The notes: generated by a model from the sequence alone, not told the origin. A stretch of 64,000 nt of DNA from Azolla caroliniana (GCA_043228905.1 JBHGNT010000002.1:19902001-19966000); one strand, 5' to 3'; shown: positions 47,052 to 61,677, counted from the first letter of the stretch. A program made the numbers and translations.

Positions 47052-47454
47052 TGAAGATAAACCTGTATGAAAATTTCAGTTAGAAACACTTTGGAGCATG
47101 ATAAAAGAAATGCAGTTCACAAGTGTCTAAACCAACAGAGTATAACATTGAGAAGCACCAGATGAGGAAAGTAGTTCTATTCATGGCTTCACATGCGAAC
47201 ACTTCTTGAGACGGTTTGAAAGAGAATCACACAATTGTAACAACAAATGATATTATCCCAATGGGGAAGCACTATAGATGCAGTCCACAAATACCAGTAT
47301 CATTAGATTATAATGTTGAGAACCAGTAATTATCAACAGTGAATTTGAAGTAATTCTATTCATGAACTCAAGCTAAAGAATAATTGTGTTATGATATAAA
47401 AGGCACAAATTAGATGTACAAGCTCTTTCGAGAGTCCTGCCAGATAATACTCTA

Positions 47455-47770
47455 CAAGGCCAAAGCACATAATATTTATCCACAAGAAGGCTCAAATGGT
47501 CCCATGAGTTTAAATTATGAGCATTAGAATCACAAGACGCCAGTGAAACCAGTTTCATTAACTTCAAGGTCAAAGGACATAATGTTTATCCACAGAAGGC
47601 TCAAATAGCCCCATGACTTCCAATTATGAATACTAAAATCACAACAGGCTAGTGAAACCATTTTTCCATTATCCTCAAGGCCAAAGGACCTAAATTTATC
47701 CACAAGAAGGCTCAAATGTCCTCATGAGTTTCAATTTTGAAAACTTGTATCACAACAGTCTACAGAAACC
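47455..47770. repeat. About 110-bp tandem repeat x3 in the predicted 5' UTR intron of the CML gene
   Basis: tttatccac...aggctcaaat recurs at about 110-bp spacing. Confidence 0.8.
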
Positions 47771-49894
47771 ATACATGGTTTTCCAAGGAGAAACTTAAAC
47801 ATTTGAAGTAAATGCATCAGTAATGGATTGAGTTTTGTTTGCCCTTGCGAACATACTCTTCACATCTACAAAAAGCTTTACTGTGTTGCAAACATGCAAC
47901 GGTCAACTTTTCCAAATGAACTTTACGGCAAGAGCAGCTTCATTATTTTATACAAGGTCTTGCCAGGATACTGAATTCTAGTTCAAACTTTGGCAGAATG
48001 TTACATCTCAGTCTAGCTTAGGTGGTCCCCTTCGGAAGAAAGATATTAGGGTTGTTTTGCTTCAGTCTAGAAAGAAAGAAAGAAAGATATATTAACGTCT
48101 TTTAAAAGGCCAAAATGGCCATAAGACCAAACAAGAGATTACATCTTAAGTGTTGTCTCGTCTTTGAGAACAACAAATCAAAATAAAATAGATATTACTA
48201 AGCAAATATAAAAGTAAATAAGATAAAGAGACTAAAGAATCTGGTTTTCGGCACATGTAAGATTCTTAAGTTAGATATATTGTAACTTCTGTCTTCGAAA
48301 GATCTCTAGCATAGATCAATCCACAATGGAGAGGTCTCCGACACAAGGGAAGCATCTGTGATGGCGGCAGATATTGGCATTTATCTGTCGATGACAAGGG
48401 TGGTGAGGTCGTGGTCCATGGGGCCGGGGCCTACATGCACGACAAATTGCCGTTGCCCAATCCATTGTAACCCCTTTGTTATGTCCTGGTCAGGGATCCA
48501 TTTGTGTAGCCCATTAGAGAGAGTACGAATTTTGAAAGGGTAAGTACTACTCCATAAAGGACTAGAAAAGCATTATTCACAAAAACTTTCACCTAGTCGA
48601 AATAGACTTAAATTTCTACTGCTATTTTAATAGTGCGTGCTCTCTCAGCTTAGAGCAAAAACGTTTCATTGTAAAACGAGCACTTAAACTTTGTGGAAAG
48701 ATTAAAAAAAAGACTGCCTATGTCAAGTTCAAAGACCATTACGCCTTTCTCCCTAAGATAGTAAATCCATAAATTATGGCCATTCTCCTGAAGTGAGTAA
48801 ATAAAGAAAAACATGTCCAAATCCCTATTGTTAAACCTTTCTTTTGTGTCCAAAAATATTGTAAATGTTTAACCTGAATATGCAGTTTTTTTCAATTTTG
48901 GGTATACAGGCTCTTATGGTGTAAGCAAAAAGTTGGAGCTTAAATTTACATTTCTAGGGTACACCAAAGTTTTCATTGTGTCTTGAAAGATATGTTAATT
49001 GACTTTAAGTTTCCACTGTTCTAACTTACCACAGTTTCTCGTTCAGCCTTAAGAAGAAGCAAAACTTATTCATACAATTTGGATATCCTAAATACAAAGG
49101 AAAATGTTTGGTTTCAATTTGCATTCAAGAATATGAAGGACTCTTCTTCGTCCAAAGAAACTGCAAAACTTGGCTTATGACTGTGCCGTTTTTAACATAC
49201 CAAAGGCTATCCTTTTGTCCAGAGGACAGAAGCTTAATTTGTATTAGAAGGCTTCTCACTCTTTCCCGGAAGATGTAAAATTTGGCTTAAATTTGCATTT
49301 AAAGGGCATGGTTCTGTAGAGAGAGAAACACGGTATTTTGATTTAAATCTTGCATTTTTAAGGAAGCCAGCCGATTCTAAAGAGACACAAATTTATGCTT
49401 GACACTTGCATTTAAAGGCATTCGTTCTGTGCAAAGAGAGAGAGAGAGAGAGAGAGAAGAAATTTGTCTTAAATTGTGCACAGGGTGCCTCTCTGCATTT
49501 TTTGTTTTTCAACTCAGTCCACTTAGATTGTGTAAAATGAAGAAGAAATTGCACAAGCCAACCAACGGTTTTTCTTGTTAAAGGGGGAATTTCCCACTTC
49601 ATTTTTAAAGCAGATCGGAAAGCAGATTTTGCATTTGCAATCGAATACATCTATATAATGGAGTCAACAACAAGTACCAGAAGAAGAAGAAGAAAAAGAA
49701 AGAATTAGCACAACATATTGCTCAGTTTAACAGAAGTAGAATTCAAAGGAAAGGGAAAGGAACTCTGCAAGCAAGCCTGCACCGTGTTTACAGGTGGGGG
49801 AGGAAAGACGAGGTAGCAGAGGGAACGAGGTGTAAGGAGCAACAGGAATGGAATAAGTGCAGAGGAATGGGAAGGTGGGAGTACCTACCTGTAC

Positions 49895-49978
49895 CTGCTG
49901 CTCAGGGAGTAGTCGGTAGTAGTAGCTCCAGCAGCAGCAGCAGCAGTTGTTAGTTCTCCTGTCTCCTTCTCAAATCAG

Positions 49979-49990
<12 letters not shown>
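49895..49990 (-). other. Probable non-coding first exon of the CML gene (intron about 47063-49894)
   Basis: Donor CAG|GTACAGGTAGGTAC; acceptor 11 nt upstream of the ATG; adjacent GA/CT tract. Confidence 0.5.
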
Positions 49991-50036
<46 letters not shown>

Positions 50037-50445
50037 CTCTGTGTCTCTGTGTCTCTGTGTCTCTGTGTCTGTCTCTGTGTCTGTCTCTTCTGCTTCTCCT
50101 TCTCAACTCAGAAATACAGAGAGAGACATATGTGTATGTGTGTCTACAATTCTAGTCCCCATTCCATTCCGCTAAGCTCTCCTCTGTTCTGTCTTGTATT
50201 ATGGATTGTATTGTATTTTGTATTGTATAAATGTATGTATGGTATTGTATAAATGTATGTATGTATTGTATATTGTATTGCATGTATGTATTGGATAAAT
50301 GTATTGTATTGTATGTATGTATGTATGTATTGTATTGTATGTATGTATGTATGTATGTATGTATGTATGTATGTATGTATGTATGTGTGTATGTATGTAT
50401 GTATTGTATTGTATTGTATTGCATGCATGCATGTATGTATGTATG
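49984..50445. repeat. (CT)n/(CTGTGT)n and (TATG/TATTG)n microsatellites
   Basis: Read directly from the sequence. Confidence 0.9.
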
Positions 50446-50645
50446 TTTTAGACCGTGAGGTCGATGCAACGAGTGTGAGCGATATACAATCGGTGGGTGT
50501 ATGAGAGAGGGAGAGTGAGAGTGAGAGTTAAAAGAATACAAATGTGAGTGAAGGTTACATCTACGATAGTAATGGGTTTGAGGGGGCCCATTGCTATCAA
50601 GAGTGGACACACTCCGTATTCGAGCGGTCCAACCCGCACTCCTTG
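50446..50645 (+). mobile_element. Second member of the CTTG-ending small element family, embedded in TATG repeats
   Basis: cattgctatcaagagtggac...cgagcgg...ccgcactccttg is the reverse complement of 42504-42565. Confidence 0.55.
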
Positions 50646-51419
50646 TATGTATGTATCTATCTATTGTATTGCATGCATGCATGTATGTATTTCTAACCAA
50701 AGGTTTTTCCTTTGTTGTTTGTTTCCGTCATCTTTCTTTCGATAATTCTGGAGACACCCCTTCATCTTTCCACAGAGAACAAAGTGGTTATCACTATGGA
50801 ATGGATGAGGACTATCAGAGCATATTATGATGGCGTCCATCTTTTCTCTTTCGGGAAAATGTTGTCTTTGGGAAGCATGGAGAGAGAGAGAGAGAAAGAA
50901 AGAAATATTAACGTCTTCTAAGACCAAAATTGGCCCATGAGACAATTGGTTTACAACAAATTTGGGATATTTACCGATTCATCAAAAGTAAAAATAAAAA
51001 ATAAAATAAAATACAATAGAACTTAAGCTAAAGAGTTTTAGTAAAAAAAACATGTGCTATAAGGAAATGGTTTTATACTAGGCCAATTTTCATTTCCATC
51101 CAAGTCTCTTGAAAAGAAGAGGGAGGTCAAAGGGTTTCGATGTGGATGTGGCCCATGGTCCCAATGTAAAAGGTACCCCAACCATAGCTTCTAAGCGGCA
51201 TAGCTCACGTTCCCTTATCTTCTTAATCGTTCCTACTCCATGTCGCGGAACTTTGAAGCCCAACATCCAAGAACGTTTGGTTGTTCTTTGCATTTCTGCT
51301 TCATCAAGAGAGAGGCTGAGTGGTGTAGGTGTGTCCACATTCATTGTCTCCCCTTGTTCCTAAAAAATTACATTAATTACATGTTGGTGCATACTAACAC
51401 TTTGTAATTTATTCTCCCT

Positions 51420-52350
51420 ATGTTGTTTTAGCTCTAAGATATACCTACCTAGTCTCTTTATATCTGGGGTATCTAATAGTCTGGAGAGGGTGGGAGAGGG
51501 TCCTAGTATGTCTTGGTATTTCACCCTTATCTCGATATAAGTTGGACACTTGCATGTAAAGTGATACTCAACTCTATCTCTATGTCACATAACCTACATA
51601 GCCTTTCCTCTCTAGGAACTCTATTAGCACGACCATTCTCAATCTCAAGTTAGTGAGATAATATCCTAAGTTGTCCAATGGCCACCTTTAGTGCATTTGA
51701 TAAGAATGTATCTGGATATTTTGGTCATGTAATAAACCCTAACTTAGAGAAGTGAAAGAAGTGTTCCTTATAGTACAACATTTTATATGGGAGTGGCCCA
51801 CGTGGGGTGATCCATTTAAATCGGGTGTAAATTTGCCATATTTCTTGGCATATTACTTTATTATGGTCTTCATGAGAGATTAAAGTTTGATGAGTCCCAT
51901 GGTTGAACTTGTACTTAAGGGGAGGTAGGTTATTAATGTTTATACCATTTTCAAGTAACCAACTCACTACAATCCTATACCAAGAGCTAGTGTCTCCGGA
52001 TGCATATAGGGATCGGGATGCATCAAAAGCTCGACGGGATATCCTATCTTGTGGTTGGCTATGTATCCGATGAGCAAAAACTACCACTTGGAAAAGTGCT
52101 TCTACTAGCATCGGGGGCAAACTCAACTCTACTCCAATAATGTCATGTGGTACTGCCGATTTGCTTCGGAGTTGACGTGATAACATCATCACCAAAGGTC
52201 TCTCTAATTGCGTCCACACGAAAGATGGTAGACCTGGAGCCCATATTACTGATGCATACATGAGGGAAGGGGTCACTAATGAGTCGAAGAGTCATCCCTT
52301 AGTCTGTGGCTCTTGAAAGTATGCCTAGAGAGCGAGATGGACAGACGTAT
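51420..52350 (-). mobile_element. RTE-like LINE ORF C-terminal remnant
   Basis: LFDSLVTPSLMYASVIW...; IGQLRISSH*LEIENGR...PREERLCRLC. Confidence 0.8.
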
Positions 52351-55300
52351 TTGCAAGAGTTATCCCATTGTTATTTGATGCCTCAACAATGGGTTTTCTC
52401 TCACTATATTCAAAATGTTTTGAAGGGTGACCTGGAGATCTTGTTCCAATTTCTACGATATTTTGGGAGGTTGCAGCCATTTTGGAATAATATGTGTAAT
52501 GTAATGCTTTTATGTTCAATGGTAAACATGGGGGTGAAAACCTGTGTTAAGAAGTTGAAAAGCATTCTCACATGGAATTTTTCGATGTTGGCAAATGTGG
52601 GGATCATTTCCTCAAATGCATGTTCAGGTTTTATATTGGCTTTATAGGTTGATTCTTTACCTACATAGGTAGAGAATGCATAGAAGTTGTAACAATGGTT
52701 TTTACATACAAATATTATAATTTATAATTATGTGCTTTTACCCAAACAAGAGGGAGACACAATGAGATTTTATTATTGTCCTTGGAGTTTAAATATATAT
52801 GGGTTATGCAACCACGAGTGAAACCATTTCCACCAAGATGTCATGAGTTGTGTAGTGAGTGGCACTTGATGTTTGAGACTTTCTTCACGAATGTACATTA
52901 TGAGTGCATATTGCGCGCATCTTGAAGGCAAAGGGGTATGTGTTTCTATTTATTGTCGTGAAGCATAAAGCATGAGCAAAAAGGAAAAAGGCGTGACCGA
53001 CCATCAAAGGAGATGGAAAGCTAGAAAGTAGAACCGACTCCTTTTGGACAAAGTGAAAAAGACAAAGACAACACTTGCACCTCCTTGCCTACTTGTATGC
53101 CAAGTCTAATCTAATATTAGCTTTCTACAAGGGCCTAAGGTTTTTAAAAGATGTTTTCTTTTACTATTCACACAACATAGAAACAAACGCTTTTATAGAG
53201 CCCAGGTCTTGCATGCATGCCTTTTTTTTCATGGAACAAGATATGGTAGATAAGCAATTTTGTTTCCTTTCATCCTTGGATATAAAAGATGAAAGAAAGA
53301 TACAGTTTCCCCTTCATAATTGTTGGGCTTGAATGTATGTATGTAAACATACAATGAGGACAAAAAATTGTAAACTCCTACATACTTTAAAATATGGCCT
53401 ATGTGTGTTGTTGTTTAATCATTAGCTAATGTATATTTTAACATGTTTTCATTGTTGATTTTATAGATGTCCAACTTTCCATGCAATATATATTATCATC
53501 GTTATGGACATCAAATATGGCTTAAGAGACCAAAAGGACCATTTCATGGAGTGTGTGTCACGTGTGGGAAGTTAACGTACTATTTTGTTACTACTATGTG
53601 TTAAGAATTTGGATAGTATTGATTTTTTAATAGAGACATTGCCTTTACACATGGCATTATATATCATCCTCAAGAGTCAAATATGGCTTATGAGACTAAA
53701 GAAGAAATCATTTTCATTTTCGATGTGAAGCCCTCATGAATGGGGTATTGTTTAATTTTTAAAGAAGTTTTATTTATGTCATTATAAGCTCGTGTTGGTG
53801 GTGGCGGTGGTGTAAATAGTTCAAGTTCTATGAATTTTATTTGAATCATCTTTGCACATGGAGTGAGACACATTGATAGATAAATAATACTAAACAAATC
53901 ATTTTGGTGGGCAATATGTAGAGCTCTCTTGTCTTGTCTTGTCGAGAGAATTGTTTAACAACTTCGTGATGAGGTATTGACATTCATTACAAGGTGATAT
54001 GTTTTACAACTATTATATTTGTCTTTGATTATTTGATCTTTTAGCTCAAAAGATCATAAATCCCACTCATATATGGAGGATAATATCTCATATATTTGAG
54101 GTATTTTTGAAAATATAAAAAATACCCCTAGTCGAACAATAGAGACAGTACATGGTCATTTTGTTAAGCCTAAACCTCAAGAAAGGCAAAAAAAGAGAAG
54201 GTGAGCAAGATATAGAAGTAAAATTTTGAGATTAAGATGAGTTAAAAAATAGATTATGATGCAATGCATAATTACTCTTCCTTTTAATATATTGGAATCT
54301 CAAGAGCGCTCTCCATTTGTGATGCTTAATGTTATGATTTCCGATGGGTTCAATTTTGATTTTAATTTATAGAGGCCTTGCCTTTCCACGTGTGGGTGTT
54401 ACATAGATAGATAAATGTATAATTATGCTTAGAGCAAAGATCAAATATAATAATGAGACCAAAACATGTACTTTTCATGTAATATATGTATGTGGATCAA
54501 TCAATAAGTGAGACTCTTGATCATGAGATACTACTAATAGACGTTGCAAGTTCATACACAATATATTTTGTGTGTACCAAAATTTTATAGTTCTTCATTT
54601 GCACATTTTCAACAAGGTTGAAACTTGTGCATCTCGTTGTGATGTTTATGAAACAATCCCTATTGTCCATTTTTAGGATTCATATTTTGGTTAACAAAAA
54701 ACTATGTTTTCTAGCTCCTCCCTAAAGAGATGAATATAACAATGTCTGGTAAGGGTCGTGATGTCCAAGGAGAAGCCTAAAGGTGCTTTGGGATACCATA
54801 ATGCACCATTTCCCCCACACAGTATCAAATTATCAAACATTAAATTGATATATAGTAATTGTGGAGGATAACATATATTCTTACTCTAATGGGTCATAAA
54901 TGGATTGTAGATCCCGATTCAATCAAAGTACAGCCAGAATGACACATATGTACTCATGAAAACACAAGGCTACGTAAGGTCAGTTGGGACCCTTTGCAAT
55001 GGGTGTGGCACGATCCTTATGCAGGTCAAGGAAGCAAAGCCATCCCTTTCTTCTAGTTCACGACTAGATTGGGTCACCACATTCTAGCTGCTCAAACCAC
55101 CCGAGAGCCAACTGCTACAAAGGTATGGCACACATATCATGTTCCTCATATAATTATCACTAAGTTTTGGCAAAAAATCTAGAAACAACAACATGCTAGG
55201 TGAATTACCACGTTCCAATGGCTATTAATACATAAGTCACTTCCCATTGGAGCATGGCAGCGTGGGAACCTTAGTTCTCCTAATTGTGTAGCGTGCCCAA

Positions 55301-55499
55301 ATGCAACAGAATCAATCTGACACGCTTTATGGGACTGTCTAGAGACCCATCGAATATGGAAGGGGGGTGGCCGCCTATTGCAATTATTCCAAGTACAAGG
55401 CACAATCAAGAGAGAAATGTATGTTGGTTATCATGGCAGACCCTAGTTGACAGGTACAAACATCAAGGGGAGGGGATAACTTTGGTGATAAAAGCACAA

Positions 55500-55720
55500 T
55501 AGGTTTTTCTTTCCATCATTGACAATATCCACTCAACTCCTATTAATGCCAAATCTCAAGTTGTGTTGGAATTGGTCAAGCTAATAACTCTTTGGATTCT
55601 ATGGAAACAACGATGTAGATGGGTCTCTCCAACCAAACTATGCATCGAGTAATGTTAATGCAAGAGATATGGAGTGAAGTCATAGCCACTCTAAAGAGCC
55701 AATACAATGTTGACTAACTA
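55500..55720 (+). mobile_element. Small L1-like ORF2 C-terminal fragment
   Basis: TLWILWKQRCR motif, as in the other L1 remnants. Confidence 0.45.
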
Positions 55721-56699
55721 ACTAAATCTAGTTGAGCTTGATATCTCAACACGTCACAATGTTTTGCACATAGAACACCAAAGAGATGAGACTAGATATA
55801 ATGAATTAGGGGCCCAAATCATTTAGGCTCAATTAAACCCTACTTTGGCGAAATCATTTTAGCAACCTATACCTTGTTAGCTACAATGGTCGATTGGACT
55901 TTGTGAGGCCTCCAAGGCTCCCTACTAGTGCCACCTATAATGAGAGGGTGGTTGGGAAAGTTAAAACATACCCTTTTTATTTACTTTTGTTAATTTCCTT
56001 TAATCCACCTTAAAATTGCACATGCACAAGCAAGTGGCGCATACATTTTACAAATCTTCACCCTTGGGTATATAGGGCCTCCTCAATTCCATAATGTTTA
56101 TGTACGGATGGGTTTGAACTGTATGCAACATTTCATACGCCCATTCTTAGTACAATATGTATACTTATAAGAAAATATGACAACAAAACGTTAATGGTGT
56201 ACAATGTACTTAATTGGACAATTCTTGGTTTTTGCCAATACACTAGTGTTATATATTAAGACATATGTTGGTCAAATCATTTGGTTGCTTAAGGCTATTG
56301 ATTTTGTAGTCTTCTAACCAAGGTGTTGAATAATTAGAGTTGTGGATGAGAGAAGCATACATAATGCTCTCTAATGCACTATTTGGGGTAAATAACTACA
56401 AGGTTTTAAATCCTAGCTAGTGATCTTGTAAAAAGAGTATCCTCGAGTGTTTAGACATTAGACTCCAATTACCTTTTGAATAATACATTGATTACATCTA
56501 TCGTTAGAGTTCCTTAACAATAAATTGATGAACCAGTGCCAATCTGAAATTAGATTGTAACTTCCCCATGGGTTTAATTTTGTATTTTAGTCATAATTAA
56601 ACTAAGTCATTTGAATATGTGATTAGAATTTCTTAGTATTTAGAGTTGTGATAATTGGATTATGGTCAATGTAATTAGAGAAAAAGTTTAAAATACCCC

Positions 56700-57950
56700 T
56701 TGAGCAACCCCTTTAATAGAGAAAATTGTGACACATTTACTATATGATTAGTCAAATAGAAAATTTAGCAATAGAAAATCCTCTAGTGATTAGATGGGAC
56801 CATACTTTTGAAACATACTTGAGCTATTACAGTATTCTGAATAAAATGGAAGCACATCATTGACATATATTGATATGCCTGAACCTTGAAAGTTTGATTG
56901 TGATGTAGGTAAAATCTGGGGAGTAAATGTTGATGGAAGTTTGGCTTGCGATAAACAATCTCCATATGTGAGGAAGTGTCGCAACCACGAAATAACTTGA
57001 ATCTAAACATTAAGAGTAACACCAATGATTGCATCATCGAGGATATTGTATGCCACTAGTCAACAATGTTATGTACAAAATCAAATTCTTTCATTTCAAG
57101 AATAATTAATTTCTTGATACTTGTTCCCAAAGAGAAGATCCATATACATGATCAATTCTCAAGATACTCCCACATTTTTATTTTTCGTGCATCACTATGT
57201 GTTGTAGTTTGCTAGAGATCGAATATTTCCTTTGATTGGACACCACAATCTTTACTAATCCATTATTTATGTGCACCATTGGAAAAACCCCAAGGTCAAG
57301 TAAAAGTGTGGAAGCTCTCCAATTTGACCCATACCTTGTTCATACATGAGCTCACTCATTCATTCATAAATTGGTGGTACCTCTCCTTCATGCATGAGTT
57401 TACACTTTGTTGAGATGAATGGATCAAGATGCCAAGCTTTGACAAATCAATATATTGTTTCAAATGATCTAAACTAACCTCTTATCGAGCATAATTTCCA
57501 AGATTATAAATTAGGTAAAAGCTAAGTATGGGTAACGATATTAATCATTGTCCTTGAACATTGTTCTGGTATGTTTCAAGAAGCGCAAAGTTGTTAGCAT
57601 GGTTGGCCGCATCAAAGAAACAACTAGTTAACGTGTTTGGTTATCAAGTTTAATACTTCTATCAGCAAAGGCATGAATACAAATCAATTTGACCTTGAAG
57701 CTATTGTAAAGTGTCAAAAGTTCATTTATGAGTATCAATCAGTTTGACCATGGAGATTGCATTAAGCATCCATTGCAAATCATGGGGTTTACAATGTGTT
57801 TCCCTTGGGGATTAATTAGAATTATTTGTTTACAAATGCTTGTAGTGACCCCTTTTGTTGGTTTCATTGTAAGGGATGGATTGGTTCCCACATATACAGT
57901 ATGTGGAATAGCCATATCTTTTTTACTCATGGTGCAACTATACGCTTGAA
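56700..57950 (+). pseudogene. Very degenerate PPR-like pseudogene; 5' part paralogous to 60925-61200
   Basis: Nucleotide similarity to 60925-61200; LIVM*VKSG and LLM*AKCG resemble the PPR motif L.MYAKCG. Confidence 0.45.
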
Positions 57951-58479
57951 AAGTATGGTCACTCTATCTCAAATATATATATATATATCTACGCTCACTC
58001 AAAATGCTGATTCCCCTATCACATGAAAAAGATATTAGGAATTTCTCTAATTTCTTCATGTTTGGAATCATTATCTCAGAAACTTAATCATATGTTGTAA
58101 CTTTCCTATAATTTGTTCTTGATTATCTAGCATCTTACTCTTCCATGTTTTACCTTTTCTTTCCCACATAACCTTGAAATTGAAAACTTTTTATCTTTGA
58201 GCTTTTCCTAGTGCCTTAAAATTGGAGACAATAACGATCAAGAAATGGATGCAAAAAAGAGATATTAGGTAAATTAAAATTGAACAAGATGAATCTCATT
58301 TAGAATCTAACTATGAGCTCAACTGCTTTTGGATGGTTGAATGTGCCTAAGCTTATCAATGGATTTCAAATGAAGTCCTACGGGGATATGTTGTGGAATT
58401 TGTTTACACTAAAGAACAGTAATCATAGCATGACCTAGCTTAAGCTAATGCCAAACTAGCAAGTGGTTAGGTTTGCACA

Positions 58480-60760
58480 ATGTATACATGTATGTGATCC
58501 GGGTTAGCTTTGTCTAGGAGCATCTTAGGTCATGTTTTCTTTGCATGAGGTTGTAGCTATATCTCTTAAGGACCTTTTAAACATTCATCATACAGGTATA
58601 GTATTCTACATTTGGAAGAGAGCCAAAGGCTGTCCATATCACGAAGTACTCTTTGCCCTCCTCCACTAGACCTGCATAATGGCAAGCACTCAATAAAATT
58701 ATGAAACTAACTACATTCAGAGAAATTCCTTCAGCAATCATCTTGCTGAATAAGCCAAAACCTTTTCTAGCTTCCTCATGCTGGGCAAACCCCGGCATCA
58801 CGGTTGTCCATGATGTAACATTCCATGCTGGAAGCTCACAAACTGCTTCTTGTGCTTCTAAAAGTTTACTGCATTTGACATACACATCTACCAAAGATGT
58901 GCCAAACACAATAAATATTTTGGCAATAAATTCTTCCGTTTGTAAACCTGAGCATGTATCCTTATGCCCACCTTGAGAGACCACATGATTTTAAAATGTA
59001 AATGAAAGTGAATGATTCTGAACATATTCATGCTTGCATTTTCTGGAAGCAATCAAGTGCTTCATGACCAAGATTATGTTGTGGATACTCAGTGATCAGT
59101 GCATTCCAGCATATAACACTCCTTAATAAAAGTTCATCAAATACTTCTTGCAGTTTTCTCAATATACCACACTTTGCATAATGTCCAAAAATGCCGTTGT
59201 AAGTATTATATCTTTCTCCAAGAGTCTTTCCTTACTTATTCAAGGATGTATCTCTTCCCCTACATCAAGTTTCCTTATGCTGGTGCAAACTTTCAAAACG
59301 CAAAGATAGGTGACTGCATCTGTAGTGAAGGTTGCATCTTGCATCTCAATGAAAAATTTCAATGCTTCATGACCGCAATTTTGGCTATTTCCAGAAATCA
59401 ATGAGTTCCAAGATGCAATATCAGCGGAAACTCATTAAACATTTTTTGTGTCTTTTCCATTAGACTGCACTTGCCATGCATCACATCCTTATCTAACAAC
59501 CTGAGCTTCATGACCTCAGTATGTATTGCTTCTCCTATCTTAAGGTACTCGTAGCTAATCCCACAAGCTTCCAAAATGGAAACTAGTGTAAATGTATCTG
59601 GGACAAGCCTTGCCCTTTCATCTGATTGTAGCATTCCATAACTTTATCAGTAAAGTTGTGGTCGGCATATCCACTTATAAGTGCATTCCAAGTTTGGCAT
59701 TTGGCATCATTTCAAATAATTCCCGTGCTTTTCCACGCACCTTGCATTTGGCATACATATCCATTAATGCTGCACCAAGCAAGCCAATTATTGCCAACAA
59801 ACCTTGCTTGTTTGCCTCAGCATGAATTTCGTCTGCCATCTGAAGAGACCCCATTTTAGCACAAGCTTTCAAAATACAAACAAATGTGAGTGTCCAGGGA
59901 TATACATTTATTTCACATCTGTATGAAGCATTCTGTCAATTCATTACAGTGTCTGTGTTGGGCATATCAAGTGATCAACACAGTCCACAAAGCAACATTC
60001 CATACTGGAAACTCATCAAATACTTCTTGTGCCCTTTTCAATAGCCCACGCTTTGCATGCATGCTCATTAGTGTTGTACCAAGTTTGATACTTTTTTCTA
60101 ACAAACCTTGTCAATTAATGGCATTATGAATCCATATTGCAATTTCAAGGGATGAAGTATCACTACAAGCTTCCAAAACACAACCAGACGTCACTACATC
60201 TGGAGAGATCCCCTTATCCTGCATTTTCGGTGCATTCAATAGATTTTTCACTATGACCAAGAAGGGCATAGCCAGTTATCAGCACATTCCAAGATTCAAC
60301 ACATTCTATTGGAAGCTCATGCCATACTTCTTGTGCTTTTTTCTATGTCATCACAATTTGCATACATATTACTAACGCTGTTCCAAGAACCTTATCATTT
60401 TTCCACAATTTTTGCTTGTTTATCTTGGAATGTATTGATTCTCCCATCTCAAGAGACCCTATGCTTCCATGAGCTTCCAAGATACAGTTAAACATTATTG
60501 CATTAGGAAATATATTCTGATATTGCATTTGAAAAAGCAATCAAGAGCCTACGGTTGGAGGCCATATCATGAATATCCCGACAACCAATGCATTCCAAGA
60601 TTCAAAATTTGTCACCAGAAGGTCATCAACCACTTCTAGAGCTTCTTCTAAGGCTCCAGATTTGGCAGACATACTAATGATGGCAGCGTACCTTCCAAGT
60701 TTGGCACAACTCTTTCTGTTTTCCACAATATTTAAGGAAGACCATGAGGGAACTCTTATC
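58480..60760 (-). pseudogene. PLS-class PPR pseudogene (intronless, many stops and frameshifts)
   Basis: SMSAKSGALEEA, ALMDMYAKC, ILEACG, VYVKCSKLLEA, SWTTVMPGFAQH, LLSACHYAGLVEEG, EYYTCM. Confidence 0.9.
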
Positions 60761-60924
60761 TCGAAGCTTCCACGTCACTTGCTCAATTATTTCTATTAAA
60801 CCTCAACTCTCAGAGTGGATGGAAAAAGTGGTTTGATACATGAAAACCCCACTGAAAGGTCCATGCATAGTAAGGAAACTTTTGTTTGTTTGCTTCTTAA
60901 GTTAACCTGAAAACTCGAAAACGC

Positions 60925-61200
60925 TTAATCAACCCCTTCAAGAGAGAAAAAGGGGATGCGTTGACAATATGATTACTCAGTGGTACATATAACAATAGAA
61001 ACTCATCTAGTGCATAGATGCAACCATACTTCTTAACATACCCAAGGTATTAAAGTACTCTGAATAAAGCTGAACTGTGTTGTTCACCTGGATTGATAAA
61101 CATGAGCCTTGAAAACAGGCTTCTGATGTAGGCAAAATGTGGGGAAGTACATGATGTTGGAAGTTTGGGTGGTGATAAATGATCTCCATATAGGAGGTAG
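60925..61200 (+). pseudogene. Short PPR-like gene 5' fragment, paralogous to 56700-56980
   Basis: Shares caatagaaa..c.tctagtg...accatactt with the other copy; ENRLLM*AKCG. Confidence 0.45.
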
Positions 61201-61677
61201 GAGGAATTGTGGCATTTATAGTCAACTACTTTTTCTACATGTAACCCTCACTTATTTACACGCATAGATGATGGTTGCTAAATCATTTGCGACTTGCAGC
61301 CAGAACCATACAACTAAAGTAAGGATATGTTCAATTTTCATACCTCTAAACAAATACAATTACTTTGTTTTGGTGGGAACATTACAAAACAATGTTCTTA
61401 GCATTTCAATGTAGGTGGTACAATGTCCAAAAATAACTATCATATGAAAACATTACTGGCAACATTGATTATACTCATACACCCTAAAAGTTGATCAAAT
61501 ATGTATAGATAGGTCATTAACAAGGCAACTTGGAAATATTGATAGGCATAGTTTATGTCAACAAGGTTTAGGGTCTTACATTGTCCAGTAGCATTTTATG
61601 AGCTTAAATTTTCGAGTGAAATTTTTCACTCCTCTTTGAAGTTATATTTGATCCATCCCTTTTACTTTCAAGGTTTG

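Noticed and set aside
49947-50700. Multiple ORFs rich in YIHT/MYVC
   Set aside because: These are translations of TATG and CT microsatellites.
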